Shown here piece after piece: positions 39,029 through 49,295 of a DNA stretch of 64,000 nucleotides; position 1 is the stretch's first letter, and the number at the start of each line of letters is the position of its first letter. The DNA is from a phage. A model generated the notes under the pieces. The model saw only the letters and a program-made list of their open reading frames with translations. It ran no database searches and had not been told where the DNA came from. Location of the stretch: NCBI GenBank assembly GCA_027337125.1, contig GCA_027337125.1_3057.1; one strand, 5' to 3'. Both the position numbers and the translations under genes were made by a program.

Positions 39029-39418
39029 ATGACTAAAATTACTGTGAATTATAACGTTGATGTAAAAGATATTCAGCCAAAACACGTGCGTTCTGACTCA
39101 AATCCGCAAAACCAAAATAAAATTCGTCGAGCATGGGTTTTGTCTCTTTCTGAAAACGCAATGGAAATTATTCAGGATAAAATTAAATCTGCTCCAGCTC
39201 GTCATGCGTATTATGAAGCTATCGATCGTGAAGTAAGCGATAAATGGATTGAACTAATGCGTAAACATACTGCAGAATCCCTAAACGCCGGTGCTAAATT
39301 TATTATGACTTCATGTGGTGAACGCCTTGAAGATGATTATTGTGGTAATGCAGATGAACGTCTAATTGTCGCTGCTCAAATTGTTGCAGAAACAATTGCT
39401 TCTGATTTTAATCGTTAA
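39029..39418 (+). CDS. rpbA: RNA polymerase binding protein RpbA-like
   Basis: 129 aa at the position between 46 and 45 where T4 rpbA lies. Confidence 0.6.
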   Translation: MTKITVNYNVDVKDIQPKHVRSDSNPQNQNKIRRAWVLSLSENAMEIIQDKIKSAPARHAYYEAIDREVSDKWIELMRKHTAESLNAGAKFIMTSCGERLEDDYCGNADERLIVAAQIVAETIASDFNR

Positions 39419-39473
39419 TTGCTTTATTAAATTAGTTATAAAATTAAATCTCATTTGAATTGAAGGAAATTAC

Positions 39474-40160
39474 ATGAAACTGTCTAAAGATACTACTGCT
39501 CTGCTTAAAAATTTCGCTACTATTAACTCCGGTATTATGCTTAAATCAGGTCAATTTATTATGACTCGCGCAGTTAATGGTACAACTTATGCGGAAGCAA
39601 ATATTTCTGACGTTATTGATTTTGATGTTGCAATTTACGATTTGAACGGTTTTCTCGGTATTCTGTCTCTAGTTAACGATGATGCAGAAATTTCCCAGTC
39701 AGAAGATGGAAATATTAAAATTGCTGATGCCCGCTCAACAATTTTTTGGCCAGCAGCCGATCCGAGTACAGTAGTTGCTCCTAATAAACCAATTCCATTC
39801 CCGGTAGCATCTGTTGTTACTGAAATTAAAGCTGAAGACCTTCAACAGCTGTTGCGTGTATCTCGTGGTCTGCAGATTGATACAATTGCTATCACAGTAA
39901 AAGAAGGTAAAATCGTAATTAACGGTTTTAACAAAGTAGAAGATTCTGCTTTGACTCGTGTTAAATATTCTTTAACTCTTGGTGATTATGATGGTGAAAA
40001 TACATTTAATTTCATTATCAATATGGCAAATATGAAAATGCAACCAGGAAATTATAAACTTCTGCTCTGGGCAAAAGGTAAACAAGGCGCTGCTAAATTT
40101 GAAGGTGAACACGCGAATTATGTAGTAGCTCTTGAAGCTGATTCCACCCACGATTTTTAA
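39474..40160 (+). CDS. 45: sliding clamp gp45
   Basis: 228 aa, matches recalled T4 gp45 (MKLSKDTTALLKNFATINSGIMLKSGQFIMTRAVNGTTYAEANISD...). Confidence 0.95.
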   Translation: MKLSKDTTALLKNFATINSGIMLKSGQFIMTRAVNGTTYAEANISDVIDFDVAIYDLNGFLGILSLVNDDAEISQSEDGNIKIADARSTIFWPAADPSTVVAPNKPIPFPVASVVTEIKAEDLQQLLRVSRGLQIDTIAITVKEGKIVINGFNKVEDSALTRVKYSLTLGDYDGENTFNFIINMANMKMQPGNYKLLLWAKGKQGAAKFEGEHANYVVALEADSTHDF

Positions 40161-40163
40161 TAG

Positions 40164-40177
40164 AGGGCTTCGGCCCT
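40164..40177 (+). terminator. UUCG hairpin
   Basis: AGGGC-TTCG-GCCCT after gene 45. Confidence 0.4.
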
Positions 40178-40210
40178 TTATAATTTACACTAAACTTGAA
40201 TGAGGAAATT

Positions 40211-41170
40211 ATGATTACCGTAAATGAAAAAGAACACATTCTTGAACAGAAATATCGTCCATCTACTATCGATGAATGTATTCTTCCCGCCTTTGATAAA
40301 GAAACCTTTAAATCTATTACAAGTAAAGGTAAGATTCCACATATTATTCTTCATTCTCCTTCTCCAGGAACAGGTAAAACAACTGTAGCAAAAGCATTGT
40401 GCCATGATGTAAATGCTGATATGATGTTTGTGAATGGATCAGATTGTAAAATTGATTTCGTTCGTGGTCCTTTGACTAATTTTGCCAGCGCCGCTTCATT
40501 TGATGGTCGTCAAAAAGTAATCGTTATTGATGAATTTGACCGCTCAGGATTAGCAGAGTCTCAGCGACATCTTCGTTCCTTTATGGAAGCTTATAGTTCA
40601 AACTGCAGTATTATTATTACTGCTAACAATATTGATGGTATTATTAAACCGCTTCAGTCACGCTGCCGAGTTATCACATTCGGTCAACCGACCGATGAAG
40701 ATAAAATTGAAATGATGAAGCAGATGATTCGTCGATTGACTGAAATCTGTAAACATGAAGGAATTGCTATAGCTGATATGAAAGTTGTAGCAGCTTTGGT
40801 TAAAAAGAATTTTCCTGATTTTCGTAAAACTATTGGCGAGCTCGATAGTTATTCATCTAAAGGTGTTTTGGATGCTGGTATTTTATCACTGGTTACTAAC
40901 GATCGTGGTGCTATTGATGATGTTCTTGAGTCTCTCAAAAATAAAGATGTTAAACAACTCAGAGCTTTAGCACCAAAATATGCGGCTGATTATTCGTGGT
41001 TCGTGGGTAAACTTGCCGAAGAAATCTATTCACGTGTAACTCCACAGAGTATTATTCGTATGTACGAAATTGTCGGCGAAAATAATCAGTATCATGGTAT
41101 TGCAGCTAATACTGAATTGCATCTAGCTTATCTTTTCATTCAGTTAGCATGTGAAATGCAGTGGAAGTGA
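40211..41170 (+). CDS. 44: clamp loader large subunit gp44
   Basis: 319 aa from MITVNEKEH; Walker A GTGKTT, DEFD box, SRC motif; ORF-track TTG start replaced by ATG after GAGGAA. Confidence 0.95.
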
Positions 41171-41171
41171 T

Positions 41172-41735
41172 ATGAGCTTATTTGAAGATGATATTCAATT
41201 AAACGAGCATCAAGTTGCTTGGTATTCAAAAGATTGGACAGCTGTCCAATCCGCTGCTGATTCTTTTAAAGAAAAAGCTGAAAATGAGTTTTTTGAAATA
41301 ATTGGAGCTATTAATAATAAAACTAAATGCTCTATTGCTCAAAAAGATTATTCAAAATTCATGGTTGAGAATGCATTATCACAATTTCCAGAGTGCATGC
41401 CAGCTGTATATGCTATGAATTTAATTGGATCAGGCTTAAGCGATGAAGCTCATTTTAATTATCTGATGGCTGCAGTTCCTCGTGGTAAAAGATATGGTAA
41501 ATGGGCAAAACTGGTTGAAGATTCCACTGAAGTATTGATTATTAAGTTACTTGCTAAGCGGTATCAAGTTAATACAAATGATGCAATTAACTATAAATCA
41601 ATTCTTACTAAAAATGGAAAACTTCCTTTAGTATTAAAAGAACTAAAAGGTTTAGTCACGGATGATTTTTTGAAAGAAGTGACTAAGAACGTAAAAGAAC
41701 AGAAACAACTCAAAAAACTAGCATTGGAATGGTAA
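41172..41735 (+). CDS. 62: clamp loader small subunit gp62
   Basis: 187 aa from [18 protein letters not shown]; ATG 1 nt after gene 44 stop. Confidence 0.9.
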   Translation: MSLFEDDIQLNEHQVAWYSKDWTAVQSAADSFKEKAENEFFEIIGAINNKTKCSIAQKDYSKFMVENALSQFPECMPAVYAMNLIGSGLSDEAHFNYLMAAVPRGKRYGKWAKLVEDSTEVLIIKLLAKRYQVNTNDAINYKSILTKNGKLPLVLKELKGLVTDDFLKEVTKNVKEQKQLKKLALEW

Positions 41736-41736
41736 A

Positions 41737-42105
41737 ATGATTGAAATTACTCTTAAAAAACCTGAAGATTTTCTGAAAGTAAAAGAAACTTTGACTCGTA
41801 TGGGAATTGCTAATAATAAAGATAAAGTTCTGTATCAGTCCTGTCATATTCTTCAGAAAAAAGGACTATACTATATCGTTCATTTTAAAGAAATGCTTCG
41901 TATGGATGGTCGCCAAGTTGAAATGACAGAAGAAGATGAAGTTCGTCGTGATTCGATTGCATGGCTATTAGAAGATTGGGGACTGATTGAAATCGTTCCT
42001 GGTCAAAGAACTTTTATGAAAGATTTAACTAATAACTTCCGAGTTATTTCTTTTAAACAAAAACATGAATGGAAACTCGTTCCTAAATATACGATTGGTA
42101 ATTAA
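41737..42105 (+). CDS. regA: translational repressor RegA
   Basis: 122 aa, matches recalled T4 RegA (MIEITLKKPEDFLKVKETLTRMGIANNKDKVLYQSCHILQKKG...). Confidence 0.9.
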   Translation: MIEITLKKPEDFLKVKETLTRMGIANNKDKVLYQSCHILQKKGLYYIVHFKEMLRMDGRQVEMTEEDEVRRDSIAWLLEDWGLIEIVPGQRTFMKDLTNNFRVISFKQKHEWKLVPKYTIGN

Positions 42106-42108
42106 GCA

Positions 42109-42124
42109 AGGGGCTTCGGCCCCT
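42109..42124 (+). terminator. UUCG hairpin
   Basis: AGGGGC-TTCG-GCCCCT after regA. Confidence 0.4.
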
Positions 42125-42146
42125 TAATTGGAGTATAATATATCAA

Positions 42147-42183
42147 GAGCCTAATAACTCGGGCTATAAACTAAGGAATATCT
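42147..42183 (+). promoter_or_regulatory. gp43 translational operator (hairpin plus SD)
   Basis: 5-bp stem with 8-nt loop (GAGCC-TAATAACT-CGGGCT) just 5' of AAGGAA and the gene 43 ATG, as in the T4 autogenous operator. Confidence 0.6.
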
Positions 42184-44880
42184 ATGAAAGAATTTTATAT
42201 CTCTATTGAAACAGTCGGAAATAACATTGTTGAACGTTATATTGATGAAAACGGAAAGGAACGTACTCGTGAAGTAGAATATCTTCCGACTATGTTTAGG
42301 CATTGTAAGGAAGAGTCAAAATACAAAGACATCTATGGTAAAAACTGTGCTCCTCAAAAATTTCCATCAATGAAAGATGCTCGAGATTGGATGAAGCGAA
42401 TGGAAGACATCGGTCTCGAAGCTCTCGGTATGAACGATTTTAAACTCGCTTATATCAGTGATACATATGGTTCAGAAATTGTTTATGACCGAAAATTTGT
42501 TCGTGTAGCTAACTGTGACATTGAGGTTACTGGTGATAAATTTCCTGACCCAATGAAAGCAGAATATGAAATTGATGCTATCACTCATTATGATTCAATT
42601 GACGATCGTTTTTATGTTTTCGACCTTTTGAATTCAATGTATGGTTCAGTATCAAAATGGGATGCAAAGTTAGCTGCTAAGCTTGACTGTGAAGGTGGTG
42701 ATGAAGTTCCTCAAGAAATTCTTGACCGAGTAATTTATATGCCATTTGATAATGAGCGTGATATGCTCATGGAATATATCAATCTCTGGGAACAGAAACG
42801 ACCTGCTATTTTTACTGGTTGGAATATTGAGGGATTTGACGTTCCGTATATCATGAATCGCGTTAAAATGGTTCTCGGTGAACGTAGTATGAAACGTTTC
42901 TCTCCAATCGGTCGAGTAAAATCTAAACTAATTCAAAATGTGTACGGTAGCAAAGAAATTTATTCTATTGATGGCGTATCTATTCTTGATTATTTAGATT
43001 TGTATAAGAAATTCGCATTTACTAATTTACCGTCATTCTCTTTGGAATCAGTTGCTCAACATGAAACCAAAAAAGGTAAATTACCGTACGACGGTCCTAT
43101 TAATAAACTTCGTGAGACTAATCATCAACGATACATTAGTTATAACATCATTGACGTAGAATCAGTTCAAGCAATTGATAAAATTCGTGGGTTTATCGAT
43201 CTAGTTTTAAGTATGTCTTATTATGCTAAAATGCCTTTTTCTGGTGTAATGAGTCCTATTAAAACTTGGGATGCTATTATTTTTAACTCGTTGAAAGGTG
43301 AACATAAGGTTATTCCTCAACAAGGTTCGCACGTTAAACAGAGTTTTCCGGGTGCATTTGTGTTTGAACCTAAACCAATTGCTCGTCGATATATTATGAG
43401 TTTTGACTTGACGTCTCTGTATCCGAGTATTATTCGTCAGGTTAACATTAGTCCTGAGACTATTCGTGGGCAGTTTAAAGTTCATCCAATTCATGAATAT
43501 ATTGCAGGAACAGCTCCTAAACCGAGTGATGAATATTCTTGTTCTCCGAATGGATGGATGTATGATAAGCATCAAGAAGGTATCATTCCAAAGGAAATCG
43601 CTAAAGTATTTTTCCAGCGTAAAGACTGGAAAAAGAAAATGTTCGCTGAAGAAATGAATGCCGAAGCTATTAAAAAGATTATTATGAAAGGCGCAGGGTC
43701 TTGTTCAACTAAACCTGAAGTTGAACGATATGTTAAGTTCAGTGATGATTTCTTAAATGAACTATCGAATTACACCGAATCCGTTCTCAATAGTCTGATT
43801 GAAGAATGTGAAAAAGCAGCTACACTTGCTAACACAAATCAACTTAACCGTAAAATTCTTATTAACAGTCTTTATGGTGCTCTTGGTAATATTCATTTCC
43901 GTTACTATGATTTGCGAAATGCTACTGCTATCACAATTTTCGGCCAAGTCGGTATTCAGTGGATTGCTCGTAAAATTAATGAATATCTGAATAAAGTATG
44001 CGGAACTAATGGTGAAGATTTCATCGCAGCAGGTGATACTGATTCGGTATATGTTTGCGTAGATAAAGTTATTGAAAAAGTTGGTCTTGACCGATTCAAA
44101 GAGCAGAACGATTTAGTTGAATTCATGAATCAGTTCGGTAAGAAAAAGATGGAACCTATGATTGATGTTGCATATCGTGAGTTATGTGATTATATGAATA
44201 ACCGCGAGCATCTGATGCATATGGACCGTGAAGCTATTTCTTGCCCTCCACTTGGTTCAAAGGGCGTAGGTGGATTTTGGAAAGCGAAAAAGCGTTATGC
44301 TCTGAACGTTTATGATATGGAAGATAAGCGATTTGCTGAACCGCATCTAAAAATCATGGGTATGGAAACTCAGCAGAGTTCAACACCAAAAGCAGTGCAA
44401 GAAGCTCTCGAAGAAAGTATTCGTCGTATTCTTCAGGAAGGTGAAGAGTCTGTCCAAGAATACTACAAGAACTTCGAGAAAGAATATCGTCAACTTGACT
44501 ATAAAGTTATTGCTGAAGTAAAAACTGCGAACGATATAGCGAAATATGATGATAAAGGTTGGCCAGGATTTAAATGCCCGTTCCATATTCGCGGTGTGCT
44601 AACTTATCGTCGAGCTGTTAGTGGTCTAGGTGTAGCTCCAATTTTGGATGGAAATAAGGTAATGGTTCTTCCATTACGTGAAGGAAATCCATTTGGTGAT
44701 AAGTGCATTGCTTGGCCATCGGGTACAGAACTTCCAAAAGAAATTCGTTCTGATGTGCTATCTTGGATTGACCACTCAACTTTGTTCCAAAAATCGTTTG
44801 TTAAACCGCTTGCAGGTATGTGTGAATCGGCTGGCATGGACTATGAAGAAAAAGCTTCGTTAGACTTCCTGTTTGGCTGA
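42184..44880 (+). CDS. 43: DNA polymerase gp43 (family B, with 3'-5' exonuclease)
   Basis: 898 aa; exo motifs and polymerase motifs (YPSII, KINSLYG, GDTDS region) recognisable. Confidence 0.95.
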   Translation: MKEFYISIETVGNNIVERYIDENGKERTREVEYLPTMFRHCKEESKYKDIYGKNCAPQKFPSMKDARDWMKRMEDIGLEALGMNDFKLAYISDTYGSEIVYDRKFVRVANCDIEVTGDKFPDPMKAEYEIDAITHYDSIDDRFYVFDLLNSMYGSVSKWDAKLAAKLDCEGGDEVPQEILDRVIYMPFDNERDMLMEYINLWEQKRPAIFTGWNIEGFDVPYIMNRVKMVLGERSMKRFSPIGRVKSKLIQNVYGSKEIYSIDGVSILDYLDLYKKFAFTNLPSFSLESVAQHETKKGKLPYDGPINKLRETNHQRYISYNIIDVESVQAIDKIRGFIDLVLSMSYYAKMPFSGVMSPIKTWDAIIFNSLKGEHKVIPQQGSHVKQSFPGAFVFEPKPIARRYIMSFDLTSLYPSIIRQVNISPETIRGQFKVHPIHEYIAGTAPKPSDEYSCSPNGWMYDKHQEGIIPKEIAKVFFQRKDWKKKMFAEEMNAEAIKKIIMKGAGSCSTKPEVERYVKFSDDFLNELSNYTESVLNSLIEECEKAATLANTNQLNRKILINSLYGALGNIHFRYYDLRNATAITIFGQVGIQWIARKINEYLNKVCGTNGEDFIAAGDTDSVYVCVDKVIEKVGLDRFKEQNDLVEFMNQFGKKKMEPMIDVAYRELCDYMNNREHLMHMDREAISCPPLGSKGVGGFWKAKKRYALNVYDMEDKRFAEPHLKIMGMETQQSSTPKAVQEALEESIRRILQEGEESVQEYYKNFEKEYRQLDYKVIAEVKTANDIAKYDDKGWPGFKCPFHIRGVLTYRRAVSGLGVAPILDGNKVMVLPLREGNPFGDKCIAWPSGTELPKEIRSDVLSWIDHSTLFQKSFVKPLAGMCESAGMDYEEKASLDFLFG

Positions 44881-44892
44881 TAGAATAAATCT

Positions 44893-44914
44893 AGGGACCT
44901 CCAGGTCCCTTTTT
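44893..44914 (+). terminator. rho-independent terminator
   Basis: AGGGACC-tcca-GGTCCCT hairpin plus TTTTT. Confidence 0.6.
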
Positions 44915-44997
44915 CATACAAGTAATATAAATCTATACTTATGAAAAAGAGATGATTCTGGACCCTTTGGATTCCCTAAAAATTTTTTCACAAAACT

Positions 44998-45027
44998 GTT
45001 TACATCCCTGTTCTTCTATGGTACTAT
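44998..45027 (+). promoter_or_regulatory. early promoter, part of duplicated promoter-leader cassette
   Basis: About 67 bp nearly identical to the cassette at 4361-4427 (GTTTACATCCCTGTTCTTC.ATGGTACTATACAACTATCAACTACTGATAC). Confidence 0.6.
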
Positions 45028-45064
45028 ACAACTATCAACTACTGATACGGATTTGGAGAATGAA

Positions 45065-45301
45065 ATGAAAATTGTTATGGGATGCTTAGCAGTTTGTTTA
45101 GTTGCATTAGCAGCAGTTCCATTTGTTAGTGTTGAAAATGATACCCAACCTGTGATTGAATCTAGCACTGTTATTCACACTAATGGTAAAATATCAGTTA
45201 AAATTGATGATAATCTTCATGTGAATACAAATGGATCTTTAGGTGTGCAAATAGGTAATACCTGCATAAGCACTATTGGAGTAATTACTACTTGCATTTG
45301 A
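45065..45301 (+). CDS. small secreted or membrane protein
   Basis: ATG after GGAGAATGAA; signal-like hydrophobic N-terminus. Confidence 0.5.
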   Translation: MKIVMGCLAVCLVALAAVPFVSVENDTQPVIESSTVIHTNGKISVKIDDNLHVNTNGSLGVQIGNTCISTIGVITTCI

Positions 45302-45311
45302 GGAAATTATT

Positions 45312-45692
45312 ATGAAAATCGCTATTTTGGTTATTGCATTAGGTCTTACTGGTTGTGTAGCTCAAGGACCGGTAGTAAATCAGTCTGATGTAGGAAAAAT
45401 TGTAAACTGTTCAAGCAAGTTTTATAATCCTAATGTCAAGTGTTATAAAGAAGCTCCAAAACAGACAGTAGAACAAATGCAGGCGAATTTTGACGAAGCT
45501 ATTCGTCCAGATGAATCTGCCCAAGCATATCGTAATTCAGATGTGATTACACGTGAAGAAAAAATTGAAAACTACTGTGCTGAACTTTGGGCAAATTGGG
45601 CTAATAATTACCAATGGCGTACCGGTAAAAATGCTCCGATGGAGTATGTAGTAAATTCTTATAATTCATGCGTAAAAAATTTGACTAAGTGA
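45312..45692 (+). CDS. putative lipoprotein
   Basis: Signal peptide with lipobox LTGC. Confidence 0.5.
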   Translation: MKIAILVIALGLTGCVAQGPVVNQSDVGKIVNCSSKFYNPNVKCYKEAPKQTVEQMQANFDEAIRPDESAQAYRNSDVITREEKIENYCAELWANWANNYQWRTGKNAPMEYVVNSYNSCVKNLTK

Positions 45693-45699
45693 GGAAAAT

Positions 45700-45951
45700 A
45701 TGGAAACTTTAGTAGCAGGTTCAATTTTTATGGTTTTAGTTTCAGGTGTGTTGGCTATTATTATATACATGCTTCCTTGGTTCATTGCCTTGATGCGTGG
45801 GTCAAAATCGACAGTAGGAATCTTTTTTACATCTTTACTGTTTAACTGGTCAATCATTGGTTGGTTTATTACATTTATTTGGTCAATTGCGGGTGAAACT
45901 AAAAAGTCAACACAGCCAAATCAAGTAATTATCATCAGAGAGAAGGAATGA
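45700..45951 (+). CDS. imm: superinfection immunity protein Imm (membrane)
   Basis: 83 aa, two TM helices; matches recalled T4 Imm and its position between 43 and 42. Confidence 0.75.
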   Translation: METLVAGSIFMVLVSGVLAIIIYMLPWFIALMRGSKSTVGIFFTSLLFNWSIIGWFITFIWSIAGETKKSTQPNQVIIIREKE

Positions 45952-46097
45952 AAAGCAAAATTTTAGCAGTATTGCTTTTAATCTTGATGATTATAATAAG
46001 TATATACTATAGTGTAACGGTTCCTCTTATGATTCCAACTATTATTTTAGGTTGGGGTTTATTACTGTTACAAGTTAAATATGAATGTATCAATTGA
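45948..46097 (+). CDS. small hydrophobic peptide (49 aa)
   Basis: ATG overlapping imm stop (ATGA); two hydrophobic segments. Confidence 0.35.
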   Translation: MKSKILAVLLLILMIIISIYYSVTVPLMIPTIILGWGLLLLQVKYECIN

Positions 46098-46104
46098 GGT
46101 TTAA

Positions 46105-46845
46105 ATGATTAATGATTCTTTGACAGTTGAAGAAATCCGTCTTCATTTGGGAATTGCATTAAAGGAAAAAGATTTCGTAATTGATAAAACTGGTGTTAAA
46201 ACTATTGAAATTATTGGCGCATCATTTGTAGCAGATGAACCGTTTATTTTTGGCGCTCTTAATGATGAATACATTCAGCGTGAACTTGAATGGTACAAGT
46301 CTCAAAGTCTGTTTGTTAAAGATATTCCAGGCGAAACGCCAAAGATTTGGCAACAGGTAGCATCTTCTAAAGGTGAAATTAACTCGAATTATGGTTGGGC
46401 TATCTGGTCAGAAGATAACTATGCCCAGTATGATATGTGTTTAGCTGAACTTGGTCAAAATCCTGATTCTCGCCGCGGTATCATGATTTATACTCGTCCA
46501 TCCATGCAGTTTGACTACAACAAAGATGGTATGTCAGATTTCATGTGTACGAATACAGTACAGTACCTGATTCGTGATAAGAAAGTCAATGCAGTAGTAA
46601 GCATGCGTTCAAATGACGTGGTCTTTGGATTCCGTAATGATTATGCATGGCAAAAATACGTACTAGATAAATTAGTATCTGATTTGAATGCAGGTGATTC
46701 AACTCGTCAGTATAAAGCAGGTTCCATTATATGGAATGTTGGAAGCCTTCATGTGTATTCTCGTCATTTTTATTTGGTTGACCATTGGTGGAAAACTGGC
46801 GAAACTCATATTGCGAAAAAAGATTATAACGGTGAGTGGAAATGA
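46105..46845 (+). CDS. 42: dCMP hydroxymethylase gp42
   Basis: 246 aa, thymidylate-synthase-like fold; matches recalled T4 gp42. Confidence 0.95.
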   Translation: MINDSLTVEEIRLHLGIALKEKDFVIDKTGVKTIEIIGASFVADEPFIFGALNDEYIQRELEWYKSQSLFVKDIPGETPKIWQQVASSKGEINSNYGWAIWSEDNYAQYDMCLAELGQNPDSRRGIMIYTRPSMQFDYNKDGMSDFMCTNTVQYLIRDKKVNAVVSMRSNDVVFGFRNDYAWQKYVLDKLVSDLNAGDSTRQYKAGSIIWNVGSLHVYSRHFYLVDHWWKTGETHIAKKDYNGEWK

Positions 46846-47684
46846 TTCAATTCGTAATTCCAAGCTATCAACGTGTAGGGGCAGTTTCTGCCCTTGATAT
46901 GTTTCCGACTGATTATGAACCTCATATTGTAGTACGTAAACACGAAGAAAAAGCTTATTATGACGCTTATGGGTCTAGAGCTAAAATTATAACTATTCCT
47001 GATGATGTTAATGGAATTGCTGGAACTCGTAAAGCAATTACTGATATGTATGCAGGTCAACGAATCTGGATGATTGACGATGATACTACGATTCGTATGA
47101 GTTCAATACGAAAGAGAGACGATAAACGGCGCGTAGATAAAATTAATCAATTAACTCGTGAACAGTTCTATGAATTGATTCAATACGTTGAAGATGCCAT
47201 GGATTGCGGGTATTATCATGGCCATGCTCGTCTACCAATTTTTAAAATTACTTCATCTTGGGGTAATTATCGTGAAAACTCATATGGATTCACGAATACG
47301 TGGTATGACCTCGGAAAACTTACGACAGAACAAATTGGGTATGGAAAAATTGATTTATGCGAAGATATGTATGCATTTCTCAATTTAATTAATCAAGGTT
47401 ATCCGCATTTGGCCTTGTTCAAATATCTAGTTGTATCTGGAAAATCACACGCTCCCGGTGGGTGTAGTTCAATTCGTAGTAATTCTAAACATAATAGAGC
47501 GCTTGAGCAAATCAATAGAGAGTTTCCAGAGCAAGCTCGTTGGAAAACTTCTAATATTGAAAAACGAAAATCGTTGGGTGAAGAAGATGAACCATTAAAG
47601 GTTCTTCGCATGTGTGTTTCGCGTAAAGAAAAATCAGAAGCATTTCATAAGTTTAATGCTATTCATCCAATAGCAGTTGATTAA
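46842..47684 (+). CDS. putative HMC-DNA glycosyltransferase at the beta-gt locus (beta-alpha-gt-like, unverified)
   Basis: ORF between 42 and uvsX where T4 carries beta-gt, but sequence unlike recalled T4 beta-gt; T2/T6 carry a different transferase here. Confidence 0.45.
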   Translation: MIQFVIPSYQRVGAVSALDMFPTDYEPHIVVRKHEEKAYYDAYGSRAKIITIPDDVNGIAGTRKAITDMYAGQRIWMIDDDTTIRMSSIRKRDDKRRVDKINQLTREQFYELIQYVEDAMDCGYYHGHARLPIFKITSSWGNYRENSYGFTNTWYDLGKLTTEQIGYGKIDLCEDMYAFLNLINQGYPHLALFKYLVVSGKSHAPGGCSSIRSNSKHNRALEQINREFPEQARWKTSNIEKRKSLGEEDEPLKVLRMCVSRKEKSEAFHKFNAIHPIAVD

Positions 47685-47761
47685 TGCCTAAATTTATTGT
47701 GTTATAATTACTCTATCTTTAACCAGTGAGGAAAATATAATGATGCCTATGGAAAAAATGA

Positions 47762-48943
47762 ATGTCTATTGCAGATTTAAAATCCCGTTTGATTAAAGCT
47801 TCCACTTCTAAAATGACTGCTGAACTGACTACATCTAAATTCTTTAATGAAAAGGATGTAATTCGTACAAAAATCCCAATGCTTAATATTGCTATTTCTG
47901 GTGCGATTGATGGCGGTATGCAGTCTGGTTTAACTATTTTCGCAGGGCCTTCTAAACACTTTAAATCAAATATGTCTTTGACTATGGTTGCGGCATATTT
48001 GAACAAATATCCTGATGCAGTTTGTCTATTCTATGATAGCGAATTTGGTATTACTCCAGCTTATTTGCGATCCATGGGAGTTGACCCGGAACGAGTAATT
48101 CATACGCCAATCCAGTCAGTTGAACAGCTAAAAATTGATATGGTGAATCAGCTTGAAGCTATTGAGCGCGGTGAAAAGGTTATTGTATTCATCGACTCAA
48201 TCGGTAATATGGCTTCTAAGAAAGAAACGGAAGATGCCCTGAATGAAAAATCTGTGGCAGATATGACTCGTGCTAAATCACTGAAGTCATTATTCCGTAT
48301 TGTTACTCCTTACTTTAGCATTAAAAATATTCCGTGTGTTGCGGTTAACCATACAATTGAAACAATTGAAATGTTTAGTAAAACCGTGATGACAGGTGGT
48401 ACAGGCGTAATGTATTCGGCTGATACCGTATTCATTATCGGTAAACGTCAGATTAAAGATGGTTCTGATCTTCAGGGGTATCAATTTGTTCTAAATGTAG
48501 AAAAATCTCGTACTGTTAAAGAAAAAAGTAAATTCTTTATTGATGTTAAATTTGACGGTGGTATCGATCCTTATTCTGGATTGTTAGATATGGCTCTAGA
48601 ATTAGGATTTGTAGTAAAACCTAAAAATGGCTGGTATGCTCGTGAATTTCTTGACGAAGAAACCGGCGAGATGATTCGCGAAGAAAAATCTTGGCGTGCA
48701 AAAGATACCAACTGCACTACATTCTGGGGTCCTTTATTTAAGCATCAACCATTCCGAGATGCTATTAAACGTGCTTATCAGTTAGGTGCTATTGATAGTA
48801 ATGAAATTGTTGAAGCTGAAGTTGATGAATTGATTAACTCAAAGGTTGAAAAATTTAAATCTCCAGAAAGTAAAAGTAAATCAGCTGCTGATTTAGAAAC
48901 TGACCTCGAGCAGTTAAGTGATATGGAAGAATTTAATGAGTAA
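47762..48943 (+). CDS. uvsX: recombinase UvsX (RecA-like)
   Basis: 393 aa, Walker A GPSKHFKS; matches recalled T4 UvsX. Confidence 0.95.
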   Translation: MSIADLKSRLIKASTSKMTAELTTSKFFNEKDVIRTKIPMLNIAISGAIDGGMQSGLTIFAGPSKHFKSNMSLTMVAAYLNKYPDAVCLFYDSEFGITPAYLRSMGVDPERVIHTPIQSVEQLKIDMVNQLEAIERGEKVIVFIDSIGNMASKKETEDALNEKSVADMTRAKSLKSLFRIVTPYFSIKNIPCVAVNHTIETIEMFSKTVMTGGTGVMYSADTVFIIGKRQIKDGSDLQGYQFVLNVEKSRTVKEKSKFFIDVKFDGGIDPYSGLLDMALELGFVVKPKNGWYAREFLDEETGEMIREEKSWRAKDTNCTTFWGPLFKHQPFRDAIKRAYQLGAIDSNEIVEAEVDELINSKVEKFKSPESKSKSAADLETDLEQLSDMEEFNE

Positions 48944-49286
48944 AGATGATTTAGATTTAGATTTAGATCTAGAAATTATCGATGAATCCCCCTCTTCGGA
49001 GGGGGAAGAAGAAAGAAAAGAACGTCTTTTTAATGAATCTCTTAAGATAATTAAATCTGCCATGGAAAATGTTATCCAGGAGATTGTCATTAAACTAGAA
49101 GATGGTTCTACACACATTGTGTATGTGACAAAATTAGATTGGGTTGATGGAAAAGTCGTAATGGACTTTGCTGTTCTTGACCAAGAAAGAAAAGCTGAGT
49201 TAGCTCCTCATGTAGAAAAATGTATTACAATGCAACTACAAGATGCATTTAATAAAAGGTCAAAGAAAAAATTTAAATTCTTTTAA
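48936..49286 (+). CDS. 40: gp40-like head vertex assembly protein
   Basis: Position between uvsX and 41; ATG overlapping uvsX stop; acidic DLDLDLDLE repeat at N-terminus. Confidence 0.5.
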   Translation: MSKDDLDLDLDLEIIDESPSSEGEEERKERLFNESLKIIKSAMENVIQEIVIKLEDGSTHIVYVTKLDWVDGKVVMDFAVLDQERKAELAPHVEKCITMQLQDAFNKRSKKKFKFF

Positions 49287-49295
49287 GGAGTAAGT

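Noticed and set aside
47740-47796. Short upstream ORF (MMPMEKMNVYCRFKIPFD) with a strong SD just before uvsX
   Set aside because: Only 18 codons, out of frame with and overlapping the uvsX start; more likely part of uvsX translation initiation context than a gene.
48943-48975. GATTTAGAT tandem repeat
   Set aside because: It encodes an in-frame DLDLDLDLE acidic repeat at the N-terminus of the gp40-like protein; it is a simple coding repeat, not a CRISPR or regulatory array.
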